This document shows, in pieces, positions 38,055-50,720 of a DNA stretch of 64,000 bases. Source of the stretch: Camelus ferus. Its lineage: Eukaryota. The notes beneath the pieces were generated by a model, which was not told the origin of the DNA, ran no database searches, and saw only the letters and a list, made by a program, of their open reading frames with translations. Position 1 is the stretch's first letter. Every line of letters begins with the position of its first letter. The stretch covers positions 77,812,001 to 77,876,000 of the forward strand of contig NC_045697.1 in assembly GCF_009834535.1 (NCBI RefSeq). The letters run 5' to 3'. Made by a program: the position numbers and the translations under genes.

Positions 38055-38300
38055 AGGCTGTGTAGTTAGATATACAGATTTTAGACTCAGACAACCTGTT
38101 TCAAACCCCAATTCTGTGACCTTTAGCAAATGACTTAACTTCTTTGAATGTCAATCTTCCCATCTCTAAAATGGGAATACTACTACTACTACTAATCTTA
38201 TAGAGTTGTTGAGAAGACTTACATGATAACTTCTATAAAGTGCCTAGAATAATGCCTGACATATAGAAAGCTCTCACATTTTTTTATATTTATTATTGCA
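38055..38300 (+). mobile_element. MIR SINE
   Basis: ctgtgacctttagcaaatgacttaacttctttgaatgtcaatcttcccatctctaaaatggg. Confidence 0.75.
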
Positions 38301-38949
38301 CTGCTACTATGAAAAGTGGCTTGGGTGTCTACATCTTAGCTACTCATAAACATGGAGGTTATTATTGTGATTTCCATCTTGACCTTTTTATTCAGAGGCC
38401 ATATGTGTGGGCAGATAATGGATCTTTCAACAGGCCAACTTTTGTATCTGGAATCTGTTCCAAACATCATCTACCATATCCAAGGCTAAAGAATTTAATC
38501 TCATTTCGGCAGAGACAAGTTTCTCTAACAGAATTTAGTTATCTAACTTAACAAGTATATCAAGTTTATCTTCCTTGCCCTTCTGTCTTTTCAATCCTTT
38601 CCTTTTCTGATTCTTTTTTTTTTTCTTCTTACACTTTTCAGCTCCAGTACTGCTTTGTCTAATTTCTTTATGTTCCCTTCTCTCTTTCATCCAGCGTCAA
38701 CTGAGCTGCTTTAGGGTGACCTGGCTACACTTTACTAATCCACCAACTCAACAGATATTTACTGAGTACCTAAGTGGTCCCTGAGTATATGTGTCAACTC
38801 TGAGCATCGAACTCCAGGACCTGACTATGGCAAAAGGCAGAATCTGAATGTTTACCTTATATGAGGAAAAAGAACGAAAAGAAAAAACAACTTCTTTGGC
38901 AAGCTACCTGAAAAAATAGCTGAAATTCAAGAAGCCCTTTGATTAGGAG

Positions 38950-39450
38950 AGAGAGAGGTTGTAAGCACAACAGGAAGAAGCCATAGACTCAGTGGCAAAG
39001 GTTGAGTTTTTCTATCACAAGCACACCTCTTCCCCAAATGCTTTCTCCCTGAAAGCTGCTGACGGAGCTTTGGCAAAGGATTACCCTCCTGTTGGCTGAT
39101 AAGCTAAGCCCTGTTTTATATTTAACTCACGCCGGTGCAGGAGGGGTGGAGTGGGGGATGCGCTGTTTATAAGGGGAGCCACGACAATATTCTCTTCAGT
39201 CCTCCTCCTCCAGCTCAGCTCCTCTTCTGGAGTCCTTACCCCACCCCCTTGTTTCCACATTCATCCTTAAGTGGCTGGTGGGAACGTGCAGGGAGAGGAA
39301 AAGACGCAAGAAGCCAGAGAGAGGTGTGGGAAAGCAGAAGCAGGCTGCCAAACCAGGGAATTCCTTCCAATTTAAAAAGGAAGACTGCTGACGTTAGTTA
39401 GTTAAATTTAACATCCTTTTATGTGTAACATTTGACTTTGGAAACAAAAA
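38950..39450 (+). promoter_or_regulatory. ENPEP: ENPEP proximal promoter and 5' UTR
   Basis: Directly upstream of the ATG; TATA-like TTTATAAG 39166-39173; GATA-like TGATAA 39097-39102; G-rich GGGGTGGAGTGGGGG box ~39143-39157; TSS inferred near 39195, not observed. Confidence 0.6.
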
Positions 39451-40079
39451 ATGAACTTTGAAGAGGGAGAAAGCTCCAAGAGATACTGCATTAAAACAAA
39501 ACATGTGGCCATCATCTGTGCAGTGGTGGTGGCTGTCGGATTAATAGTAGGGCTTTCCGTGGGCTTGACCAGATCGTGTGACTCTACCGACGGAGGACAG
39601 GGCACAACCCAACCTCCTTCCCACCTTCCTTCCACTCCGAGCCCTCCACAGGACCAGGAGGAGGTCTGCCCTGCCAGTGAAGATGAAAGTGGAGGCTGGA
39701 AAGATTTCAGGCTGCCAGACTTCATCAATCCAGTGCACTACGACCTGGAGATGAAGCCCCTGTTGGAGGAGGACAAGTACACGGGCAGTGTGCATATCTC
39801 CATCAATGTGAGCTCGCCCACCCAGCACCTATGGCTGCATATCCGGGAGACAAGGATCACCCAGCTCCCAGTGCTGAGGAGGCACTCTGGGGAGCAAGTC
39901 CAAGTCCGGCGGTGCTTTGAATACAAAAAGCAGGAGTATGTGGTGGTGGAGGCAGAAGGAGAGCTTGCACCCAGCAGTGCCGAGGGTCTCTACCATCTGA
40001 CCATGGAGTTCGCTGGCTCGCTGAACGGCTCGCTCGTGGGGTTTTATAGAACGACATACGTGGAGAAAGGACAAGTCAA
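39451..40079 (+). CDS. ENPEP: Glutamyl aminopeptidase (aminopeptidase A), coding exon 1: cytoplasmic tail, signal-anchor TM helix, stalk, start of M1 peptidase N-terminal domain
   Basis: ORF MNFEEGESSKRYCIKTKHVAIICAVVVAVGLIVGLSVGLTRSCD...FRLPDFINPVHYDL...LNGSLVGFYRTTY matches mammalian ENPEP; donor AA|GTAAAT at 40080 (629 nt, phase 2). Confidence 0.98.
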
Positions 40080-41339
40080 GTAAATATTAATTTTTGCTTT
40101 GTTTCTCCTAAGTTCATATATGTGCTTTCCGTTTCTTTTCCTTTCCTTTTTACTTTCCACCGTTCAATTATTTCGACGGTCTGATCTTTATCTCAACTCG
40201 GTTTCAGTTCAGCCTGTTCACGTTGGGAAGCAAAAATTTTTGCCCTGCTGTACTTTCAAAGTCTGTCACAAAACTTGAAAGTATTGAATGAGCTGCATGG
40301 AGTCCAAAAAAATCAGTGTAAGTCTTTAATTCCATCAGGAAAAACCATAATGTACTGCATTCTATCCTTAATATTTACATAAGCTATCTCAAATTTTTAA
40401 AATGGATGTGTTTGGTAAATTTTACTGGTGTATTCTTGGGCTACATGGCAATGATTTTAAACTGAATGTTTAGAATGATATTATACTAAATTTAAGTGAA
40501 AATCAGTAAATATTAATTATGATTTTGTCTGTTTTATTGGAGAGGAGACATTGAAAGAGTATGTAAAATCCATGGAATTGTCTTTGTGTCTTCACTTAGA
40601 AAGGAAGGCAGGACTGTGTCTGTATCTCATGTGGCCAGAACTATGTTTTACAGATAGGCTTTCAATAAATACTCATTGGGTCTATGCATCAGTGGTAGCA
40701 CATGGATAAGTCTTTGGGCTTATTGTCTATCACGCAATATACAATGGTTACACTAAGCCTTTTGTGAGATAAAAGATATATTAAGTAATTAAGGACAGAA
40801 AAATATCTCCCCCCCACACACACAGTCCTCCAAGTATATATGTATATACATACCTGCATTTCCTGAGTCTAGCCAAATGGTTACTTGCCTTGTCAGTTAG
40901 TCAGAGGCTATCACTAGAGCTATGTTAAAGGCAAAAACTCTCTTAATGAACTCAAAAAACCTTCATTCCTTGAGTGTGGTCCTTGGATCAGAGAGCAAGG
41001 CTACACTTGAGGTACCAATGAACTTGAAACTGCTTTGACCTTTGCCTACTTACATTCAGAACAAGTAAATGATTAAGAAACCTTATGTCACTGTTCAGAG
41101 TCTGGGGCCAGCTCTCTGAATATCCCTTTCCTGTGTTGTTTTAAGAATCTTATAGAGCAAAGCAAATCTTTTGGTCAAATGCTTTCTATTATTTGCCAGA
41201 GAGACCCAGGGACTAAAATAAAATATTTAAACATTCTTATCTCATTGTGTGGTAGAGTAATAAATTGAGTAGAAATGATAGCTTGAAAAAATATTTGGAG
41301 GAATCATATTCATATATTGTACCTTAATATTACTAGCAA

Positions 41340-42520
41340 TAAAACAAATTTCATTGTTTACATATTTTTTCTGTTTATAAAAATTACAATTGTTGAAAGC
41401 ATGGAAAATTGTAAAAAGGAAAATCAAAGTTCTATAAATAATTTTACCACCCACAGGTAACCCCTATCAACATGTTAATGTATATTCTAATATTTTGGAG
41501 GGTAATCAAAATTGTAATTATATTAGGCCCATGTATCTCTTTATCCATATACCACTTAACTTAATATATTTTAAGCAGTTCCATTTATTCTTAAATACTT
41601 TCAAGAATCTGATTTTAAAGATTGTGCAATATTCTACTGAATGAATGCACTGTTATTTTTAAAAAACCAATTCCCTAATGTTGGACATTTGAGTAGCTTC
41701 CAGTTTTTATTACTATAAACAAGTCAGAAAGAACATAGCTGTAAGTACATCTGTAAGTGTGTAGCTGTTTATTTCCTTATGTTAGGATGTAGTCCAAAAA
41801 ATAGAATTGCTGGGTCAAAGGGTATGAATATATCAAGAAACATGTAACATTTATTTTGTTTAAGTATTTTCTAAATAAGATACATTCACTGCAGAAAACT
41901 TAGTAAACAGAAAATTATAAGGGAAAAAAATCCATTTATAAGTCCATCACTCAAGTATAGTCATTGTTAATATTTAGGCAGATATTCTAGTTTTTTTCTT
42001 CTGGACACAGATAAACGTGGCATTATTATGTGTAACATGTTTTTACAATATATCAACACGTTAACATGTCATTTGATACTCTTCCATAAATTATTTAATG
42101 GATACATGAGGGTCCATTGTATGAATATAACATAATTTATTCAACTTTTTCATTAGATTTGGGCACTTAAATTGCTTCTACTTTATTACCTATAAACACC
42201 TATAAAATGTAACAAACAATGTTATAAAAAAACTATATATATTATTTTCTAAAATATTTCTATAGGAAAATTCTTAGGAGATTGGCTCAAAGTACATATG
42301 TATGAATGCATGCATGTATGTGGATACATACACACATCTACACATATCTAACACATGTGCATGCACATATGTACGTGTGTGTGCCCAAACTGACTGTCAG
42401 AAATATGTCCCAAATTATGTTTCCACAAACAATGAATGAAAGCATCTATTTCTCTGAGCCTCACTAACAATAAGAGGATTTGTAAAGGTGTTTGCAATTT
42501 GGTAGAGGAAAAGGCATAAT
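41340..42520 (-). mobile_element. Old L1ME fragments in ENPEP intron 1
   Basis: ttccctaatgttggacattttgagtagcttccagtttt...agaattgctgggtcaaagggtatg. Confidence 0.55.
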
Positions 42521-44649
42521 ACTCTGAAGAATACCTAACGTCAAGAGATTCTAAAAATCTGTTAGTATAAAGTGAAAACAAGTCAAAACTTTTAAATGAT
42601 TATTGCTAAGAGTTTAAAACTGCTTCTTGGGTTGTGAAAACTATAGAAACTGCATCTGAGTAAAGCTATCAAAATATTTTATAAAAATTCTGTACTCTAC
42701 AGGAAGGCCAAAAACTATGGAATGTGGTTCCATTAATAAGTTTCTGGTATATATTTTATAAGTATAAAATTTACTACATACTGAAATATATAGTATTTAT
42801 TCCAATTCTTTGGATTATTTTGCCATATGAGTTAATTTTACAGTAAAATAAATACTTGAGAGCTGACATTCTGAAACTTAGATGTCTTGGTTGAGAAAAT
42901 ACTCAGAAATACTGAGTGACAACAAGACTGGCAGGGAAGGCCACCGCTCAGTCAGGCTCTCATGGCGGACTGGTGTCCCCGAGTTTGTCTGTTTTCATTG
43001 CTGGCAGTTGAGGCTCTCACATTACACAGGGTGCACAGCCAGTTCTGCACGCACGGTTTTGGAACGGTTCTGGCACGTACTCAATAACCTCACTTAGGCT
43101 CAATGGAATACTTTTTGTTTTCCTTGTTATGAAATATTTCAAGCAGATGAGAAAAGTGCATTGTTTTCTTTCAAGCCTGTGAATAACATTTTGACAATGT
43201 AGGCCTCTGGGGGGGCTCTCATCTACAGAGTGCAGACAAAGGCCACAAGAGCTGAGTTCACAGGGAGCAGCACCATTTTCTCGTATTTTAGAGTGAACTT
43301 CATAATATTTGATGCTCATGCAATTCCAAATGCCACCATAGTAATACATTTCATATATACAGTCAAGATTATAGTTTTCCAACTCTTCTGCCTTACTGTA
43401 AAATTAACTCCAGGATTGAGTATATGCAGTATGGGATATACCAAGCAAACTAAATGTGAGTGCACTCAGCAGTAACAAAAATTACTTGATTTCTGCAAAT
43501 ACAACCAAGATTTGAACTTCACAGAGAGGAGACGACTATCAGAGTGTCTTTCCTGCAAAATTCAGAGGCAAATGGAGAGTTGGAGAAGACGGCAGAGTCA
43601 GTTTAGAGTTCCTTAGCAACAAGAACCGTACCTTCTCACTGGGGACAGAGTTCTAGTGAGGCTTAGGAGGCGAAAGTTTGAGAAACTTAACAGTCACTTT
43701 TCCTACTGTCTGGTCTGTCCCTCAGGGTTTGAGGAAAACCACTTCAAAGGACTGGAAGGAACCTTTGGAATGTTTTCCTGCCCACACCACTAAAACCCCT
43801 CAACACTCATTCTCAATGAGTTATGTAGGATTTTCAGTTGTTCTCAGAGTTCCCCTCCACGCATATCTCCCAAGTATATAAGAACATTCTCTTCTCTCAA
43901 AGGTTCAGAATTTCCTGGTCTGCATTTGGGTTGCTCTTATACAGCATTCCCCATGTATCTCTTCCACAGAGTTCTAGATGCATGGGGTATTAATAGATAC
44001 TGCCAGAAAAAAAGCAGAGGAAGGATTCTGTGGCCAAATTAGTTTAGGCAATAGCACTAAATAGAAAGTGATGTGTTTTCTCCTAATGGTGGGACTTTTC
44101 AGAGGCTTTTATATAATAGTGTCCACTGGGAACCTGTAGAAGCTGTCACCGAGTGCAGTTTAAATGCAGTTTCCCAACCGTTATGAGACTGTGGAAACTT
44201 CTGTGGGTCCCTGAGAGTAGGGCTGTGTCTCTCTTGTTCACTACCTAGCACACAGAGAGAACTTCAATATCACTGAATGAATATAGAGAAGCATTTTCAT
44301 ACAGGCTCTCACATAACTAGTGTCCTCTGGCACATGCTGGGACGTGCTAAATGGCCACGGCCCTTTCCTGTAAAGGAGTCCAGTTCCCACCAATGACATT
44401 CCACTTTCGCACTCAGGATGGAAAACTTACCCTGGTTCTTTTTCTCCCCATCTCATCAAAGCAAGAGAAGTTGGTAAAAATCTTTTTTTTTTTTTTTTTT
44501 GACTTAGGAATGCGATCTTCATACTTCAGGACTGAGAATCATTAGAATTGACAAGAATTACAACAGGAACTTAAAAGAGGGACAAATGGTTTCCAGTTTG
44601 GGTTTTCTGGATATTTACAGCATTGTTGGGATTTAATGGTGGGATTTCA

Positions 44650-45260
44650 ATAGGCAGAGGCAAACAAGAAGGTAAAAGCAGGCAAAAAGGAAAGGCATGT
44701 AGTCAAAAAAGCAGAATGAGGAGAAGAAATATGTCTGTAGGAGACGTTTATATGAAGAGGCTAGCTACAGATAACTCTGGAAAACCCATAGGAAGAAAAA
44801 AGTAAGGATAGTTAATAACAGGCATTATGAAGGAAAAAAGAACTGAATCTGTACATGGGTATATGAGAGATCCAGATATGCAATGATCCAGGAAAGAGAA
44901 GATGAAAATCAGGTAGGACAGTGATTTCGGGACAGACAGAAGAGAACACAATGAAGAAAATAGTTTGGAGGTAACGTGGTCAGCATTTTGCAGACTGACT
45001 GGCTTTGGGGAAGGGCTGAGCTGAAGCTATGGGTCAAGGATGCCCCAGAAATCTGACTGATAGCCCACACCTTTCACTGATACTAGGAATAGAACAGAAA
45101 AACCAGGTTTAGAAGGGAAGGTTGAGCTCAGTGGCAGACGGGTTGAATGCCTGTCAGACATCTAGGAAGAGATGTCTGGTAGGCATTTGGATAAATAAAC
45201 CTGATGCATAAGGTTTAGTGATAAAAATTTAAGAGTTAAGTAGAACCATGGCAGAAGAGA
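44650..45260 (-). mobile_element. L2 fragment
   Basis: tgcctgtcagacatctaggaagagatgtctggtaggcatttgg. Confidence 0.5.
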
Positions 45261-45281
45261 AATCAGTGAGATGGATTTAAT

Positions 45282-45321
45282 TGTGTGTGTGTGTTTGTGT
45301 GTATGTGTGTGTGTGTGTGTG
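45282..45321. repeat. Imperfect (TG)n microsatellite
   Basis: tgtgtgtgtgtgtttgtgtgtatgtgtgt... Confidence 0.9.
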
Positions 45322-46299
45322 GTGTATCCTCACATACATGGATATGTATACTCATTTGCAGTTTTGATCTTGAAAATTTAGTTGTATGTCCGTTTATTCA
45401 TTATATGCTTAGATTCATATGTTGAGCTATCAGTATACCCATTATCAATAAATAATAGATTGAGGGGCTCTTGTTTACTTGTTGCAGGAGTTTAGTAATT
45501 CCTTTTATTTTGGAAGCAAGGAAACAAAAAGAAATTTTACTTGACTTTGAATATCTTCTACATAGAAAAAAATCAGTTGGAAAAAAGCTAAAAAACAAAC
45601 TGGTTCAAACCACCATAAAAATAGGTTGGAGTCTGAATAATCTAGTCTTGCACTGATCTGCTCCCCTACTTCATTCTGGAACCCTTTACTTAGTCTGCAC
45701 AGACACTGAGTAGTTGTGCCTGCCTCATCTGCATCAGAAGTCCTTCGTTTAAGTTTTTCACCCAGACTCTGCTGTTTATTTTGCTGGCTCAAGTTATTAC
45801 ACTGCTGAACATAGCTTGAGAGTCTTCACTGGAAACAACATGCTAGATGATTTACGAGGTAATCAAGTAGTTGGTTTTTTTTAAGTTGATTCAAGTGAAC
45901 TGGTCATTGACTTGCATCATCAGTTCCTCTCTCTTTAGCTTTCTCTAAGGTCTGATGGACTCAGAGAAGTCACAGGGATTTCTTCTCTTTTGTAAATTAA
46001 CAAGCTACATAGAATTATATTTTTAATGCGCTGGGTCTAGTAAGTGACTTATTAACATAACATAGAGAGGCCCCTAAGGAAAAATGGTTCACCTCAGCAC
46101 ATCTGCCTGGAATTACAATTATAATTATTATAATTATTCAGGACATACCCACGAGTTACTCCTGAACATACTGTGAGATTTGCCAGGCTTTTCCCACTAA
46201 TTTGCAAATCAATTCATCTGATTCTGATTATAAAAGAAGACATTTTAATCACTAAATAAAACCTCCCCAAAGAAGTTGTGGTCTAAAATTGTTTTGTAG

Positions 46300-46527
46300 G
46301 GTAGTGGGACAAAGTGGGAGCTCAGGATTGCAGATACATACTACTGTATATAAAATACATAAACAAGGTCCTACTGTATAGCATGGGGAACCATATTCAA
46401 TACCTTGTAATAGCCTATAATGAAAAAGAATATGAAAAGGAATATATATATAACTGAATCACTATTCTGTACACCAGAAATTAACACAACATTGTAAACC
46501 AACTATAATTCAGTAAAATAAAAAAAA
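46300..46527 (+). mobile_element. Artiodactyl-type L1 3' end
   Basis: aacaaggtcctactgtatagcatggggaaccatattcaataccttgtaatag...aactgaatcacta; A-rich tail. Confidence 0.85.
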
Positions 46528-46627
46528 TATTTTCTATTGTTATCTCACATACCTTGTTTTCAAATTTGCATGTATTTAGAAAACTTTAGCAACTTTGGAT
46601 GGAATTTAGCATATATAAATAGGGGCT

Positions 46628-49600
46628 TTTTAAAAGATTATAGTTGATTTTCAACAGTGTATTAGTTTCAGGTATATAACACACTGAATATTTTTATAGA
46701 TTATACTTCATTTAAAGTTATTATTAAATATTGGCTATATTCTGTGTGTTGTGTAATATTTCCTTGTAGTTTATTTATTTATTTTATAAATAGTAGCTTG
46801 TATATCTTAATCCCCCACTCTTATCTAGTCCCTCTCCCTTTCCTCTCCCCACTAGTTTGTTCTCTGTATCTGTGAGTCTGTTTCTGTTTTGTTATATTCA
46901 ATTGTTTGTTTATTTTTTAGATTCCATATTATAAGTGATAGCATACAATATTTTTGTCTTTCTCTGTTTGACTTAACATCACTAAGCATAATATCCTCCA
47001 GGTCTAACTATATTGTTGAAAATGAGTTTCATTCTTTTTTATGTAAAGAATTCCATTCCATAACATATATATATAACATCTTCTTTATCCACTCATCCAT
47101 TGATGTGCATTTAGGTTGCTTCCACATATTGGCTATTGTAAATAATGCTGCTATGAATATTGGTGTGCATATATCTTTTTGAATTATTATTTTCATTTTC
47201 TTTGGATAGATACCCAGAAGTAGAATTGCTGAAGCATATGGTAGGTAGTTCTATTTTTAGTTGTTTGAAGAACCTCCATGCTATTTTCTATAGTGGCTGT
47301 ACCAATTTACATCCCACCAACAGTGCACAAGGGCTCCCCTTTCTCCGCATCTTCACCAACATTTGTGATTTGTGGTCTTTTTGATGATAGCCATTCTAAC
47401 AGCTGTGAGGTTATATCTCATTGTGATTTGATTTGCATTTCTCTGATGATTAGTGATATTGAACACATTTCATGTGCCTGTTGGCCATCTGGTATGTCTT
47501 CTTTGGAAAAATGTCCATTAAGATCCTCTGTCCATTTTTGAATTGGGTTATTTGTTTGTTTGTTTGTTTTTTGTTTTGGTACTGAGTTGGGTATCAACCC
47601 CTTATTGGTCATATCATTTACTAATATTTTCTTCTATTCAGTAGGTTGTGTTTTTGTCTTTTTATGATTTTCTTTGCTGTACAAAAGTTTTTAAGTTTAA
47701 CTAGGTCCCATTTGTTTATTTTTGCTTTTGTTTCCTTTGCCTTAGGAGCAGGTCGAAAAAAATACTGCTACAATTTATGTCAAAGAATGTTTTGCTATGT
47801 TTTCTTTTAGTAGTTTTATGGTTTCTGGTCTTACATTTAGGTGTTTAATCCATTTTGAGTTTATTTCTGTATATGGTGTGAGAAAATGTTCCCATTTCAT
47901 TCTTTTACATGTCCAGTTTTCCCAGCACCATTTATTGAAGAGATTGTCCTTTCCCTTGTGTATTCTTGCCTTCTTTATTGTAGATTGACTGTAAGTGTGT
48001 GGGCTTATTTTTGTGCTCTCTATTCTGTTCCATGATCTGTATGTATGTTTTTGTGCCAATACCATGCTGTTTTGATTACTGTAGCTCTGTAGTCTGAAGT
48101 TTGGGAGGGTTATGCCTCCAGCTTCATTCATTTTCTTCAGGCTTGCTTTAGCAATTCTGGGTCTTTGAGGATTCCATATAAATTTTAGGATAATTTGTTC
48201 TAGTTTTGTGAAAAATGTCCTGGGTAATTTGATAGGGATTGCACTAAATCTGTAGATTACTTTGGGTAGTATGGCAATTTTAACAATATTAACTCTTCCA
48301 ATCCAAGGGCATGGGATATAATTCCACTTATTTAAATCATCTTTAATTTCCTTAACCAATGTTTTGTAGTTCTCTGCATATAAGTCTTTCACCTCCTTGG
48401 TCAGGTTCATTCCTAAGTATTTTATTTTTTTGAAGCAATTTTAAAAAGTTTTTTTTTTACTTTCTTCTTCTGATATTTCATTATTAGTGCAAACAAATGC
48501 AACAGGCTTCTGTATGTTAATCTTGAATTCTGCTATTTTGCTGAATTTGTTTATTAGCTGTAGTAGTTTTTGTGTGGAGTCTTTAGGGTTTTCTTTAAAT
48601 AATATGTCACCCGCATTTAGTGACCGTTTTACCTTTTCCCTTTCAATTTGAATCCTCTTTCTTTCTTTCTTTCTTTTTTTTTGTCTGGCCGTTATGACTA
48701 GGACTGTCAATGCTATGTTAAATAGAAGTTGTGAGAGTGGCATCTTTGTACTGTTTCAGATTTTAGCAGGAAGGCTGTCAACTTTTCACTGTTGAATATT
48801 ATGTTGGCTGTGTGTTTGTCATAAACAGCTTTTAATATGTTGAGGTATGTTCCCTTTATACCCACTTTGGTAAGAGTTTTTTTTATCATGAATGGATGTT
48901 GAATTTTATCAAATAATTTTTTTTGCATCTATTGAGATAATCATGTGATTTTGTCCTTTCTTTTGTTGATGTGGGATATCACCTCAGCAAATGAGTTTTC
49001 TGATCTTAATTGTTTTCTCTTTATAGTTCCTAGTTCCTTTTTACAGTCTTCCATATTTCTATTGATAGTCTTTCTTAGTTTGTTCAGTATTTTTATTATT
49101 TCCTTTTGAACTTGAGAGCTGGGAGACTGGAGAGGTCTATTTCATTATTTGTCCTTTCAGGGAATTTCTCTTGTTCTTTTAATTGGGAGTGGTTCCTCTG
49201 CTTTTTCATTTAACTTGTATTTCTCTGATTCTATGAATTTGAGAGTAACAGTTACCTGCTCTGGTCTTGAAGGGCTGTTTTTATGTGGGAGTGTCCTGTG
49301 TAGCCTTCATGCTTCTAATATTTTTGTTGTGAGGGCTGTTTTTAGTATAGATGGCTTCCTCACCTTTCCTCCCTGTGTGCTAGCCGTTACCCCCTGGATA
49401 GAGGGTGTGATTCGTATTGTGGTGACCAGAGTGGGGTCTACTCTTCGCTCTGTGGTTGTCACAGCCCTCTTGGGGGCTGGGTCTGCTCCCCAGTTGTTGG
49501 AGTAGAAGCCCCCAGATCCGTTTCTGAGCTGCTGTGTGAGGTAGGCATGACTGGAGCACTCCCACTGGGAGAGGAGCCACTGAGTATTTCTCTGCAGATG

Positions 49601-50720
49601 TCCACCAAGAAGTGCCCTCTGTGGTGTCACCTGTCACCTGTTGTGCAGGCTCCCAATGTACACTTTTGTTGGCTCTGCCCTCAGCCCCACATCAGCCGTG
49701 GGAATGCAAGCAGTCTGCCCTGGTGCTCGTTATGTGCTCCACTAACCTAGGGCAGATCCATTGAAGTTGGTCACCAGGACCCGCTGTAGTCATGCGTAGC
49801 TGTGCACCTGGATCCACCATGGGCTAAAGGGTCAGTCCAAATACCAGCCTCACCTTGATGTGTGCATGCCCCCTGTTAACGCTGGACCTGGCTCAGCTGT
49901 GCACCAGCTCTCAGTGGGGCAAAGCTGCCTTAGCCCCCTGGGACAAGGCTCAGAACTCAGCTTCACCTCCAGAGTCTCATGGCCCCTTGTGCTGGGCTCA
50001 GACCTCGGCCCTGCCTCCACCTGGGGGCAACCCACCAGTGACTGCACCTTTCTAAATTCCCAGAGGCAGAGCCATCCTGATAGAGAACAAGCCAAGAAGA
50101 GGACCAATATGGCAGGGCCCCGCCCCTTCTTTTGCATGTGCTAACAATGGGGCTTTTTATGGTGGACCTGGGCTTCCTTGCACATACTCCCAATCAGCTC
50201 GACCCACACTCCAGCCCCTTCAGGCTGTCTCCGTGCAGCCAACCCTTGTCCTCCCAGTCCTCTCCCTGGATCTATCCTCTGGAGCCTGACCTTCAGGGCC
50301 CAGCCCCCACACATACCAGCAGGCTTGTGTCTTGGGCTGGGGAGGGCAGCAGGTGGCCTGCATCCTGCTCACCAGTCTCTCCCTGTTTGGCTTGCAGTGA
50401 ACCAGCAGCTGTGCTCTCCTCCAAGCCTTTGAAGTTCCCTTTTTGTCCCAGCTGATCTCTCCACTGGTAATGGGCTCCCTAGGGTGAGGGAACTTTTCCT
50501 CTTTCACCGCTCCCTCCTGGGGCACAGGTCACATACCGATTCTTCTTTTTTTCCTACCCAGTTATGTGGAGATTTTTCTTGTAGCTTTGCTAGTATAAGA
50601 TCTTCTGACAGATCAGTGGGTTTTTTGTGAGAACTGTTCCACATGTAGATGTATTCTTGATGTTTTTGTGGAAGAAGGTGAGCTCCATGTCCCTCTCCAC
50701 CATCCTGAAGCCCCTCCCCC
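46628..50720 (-). mobile_element. L1 with 5' UTR and ORF1 start fused to the 3' half of ORF2 and 3' UTR (large internal deletion)
   Basis: Minus-strand 5' start gggggaggggcttcaggatgg at ~50720; GC-rich UTR ~49300-50720; junction near 48982; ORF2 peptides [40 protein letters not shown]. Confidence 0.85.

Noticed and set aside
39408..40074. Several minus-strand ORFs overlapping ENPEP exon 1
   Set aside because: Antisense shadows of a GC-rich coding exon; no recognisable product.
42290..42385. Purine-pyrimidine alternating tract with inverted symmetry
   Set aside because: Degenerate (CA/TA/TG) microsatellite inside an old L1; the symmetry is expected from composition.
49149..50525. Dense cluster of 65-120 aa ORFs on both strands
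   Set aside because: All lie in the GC-rich L1 5' UTR, where stop codons are sparse.
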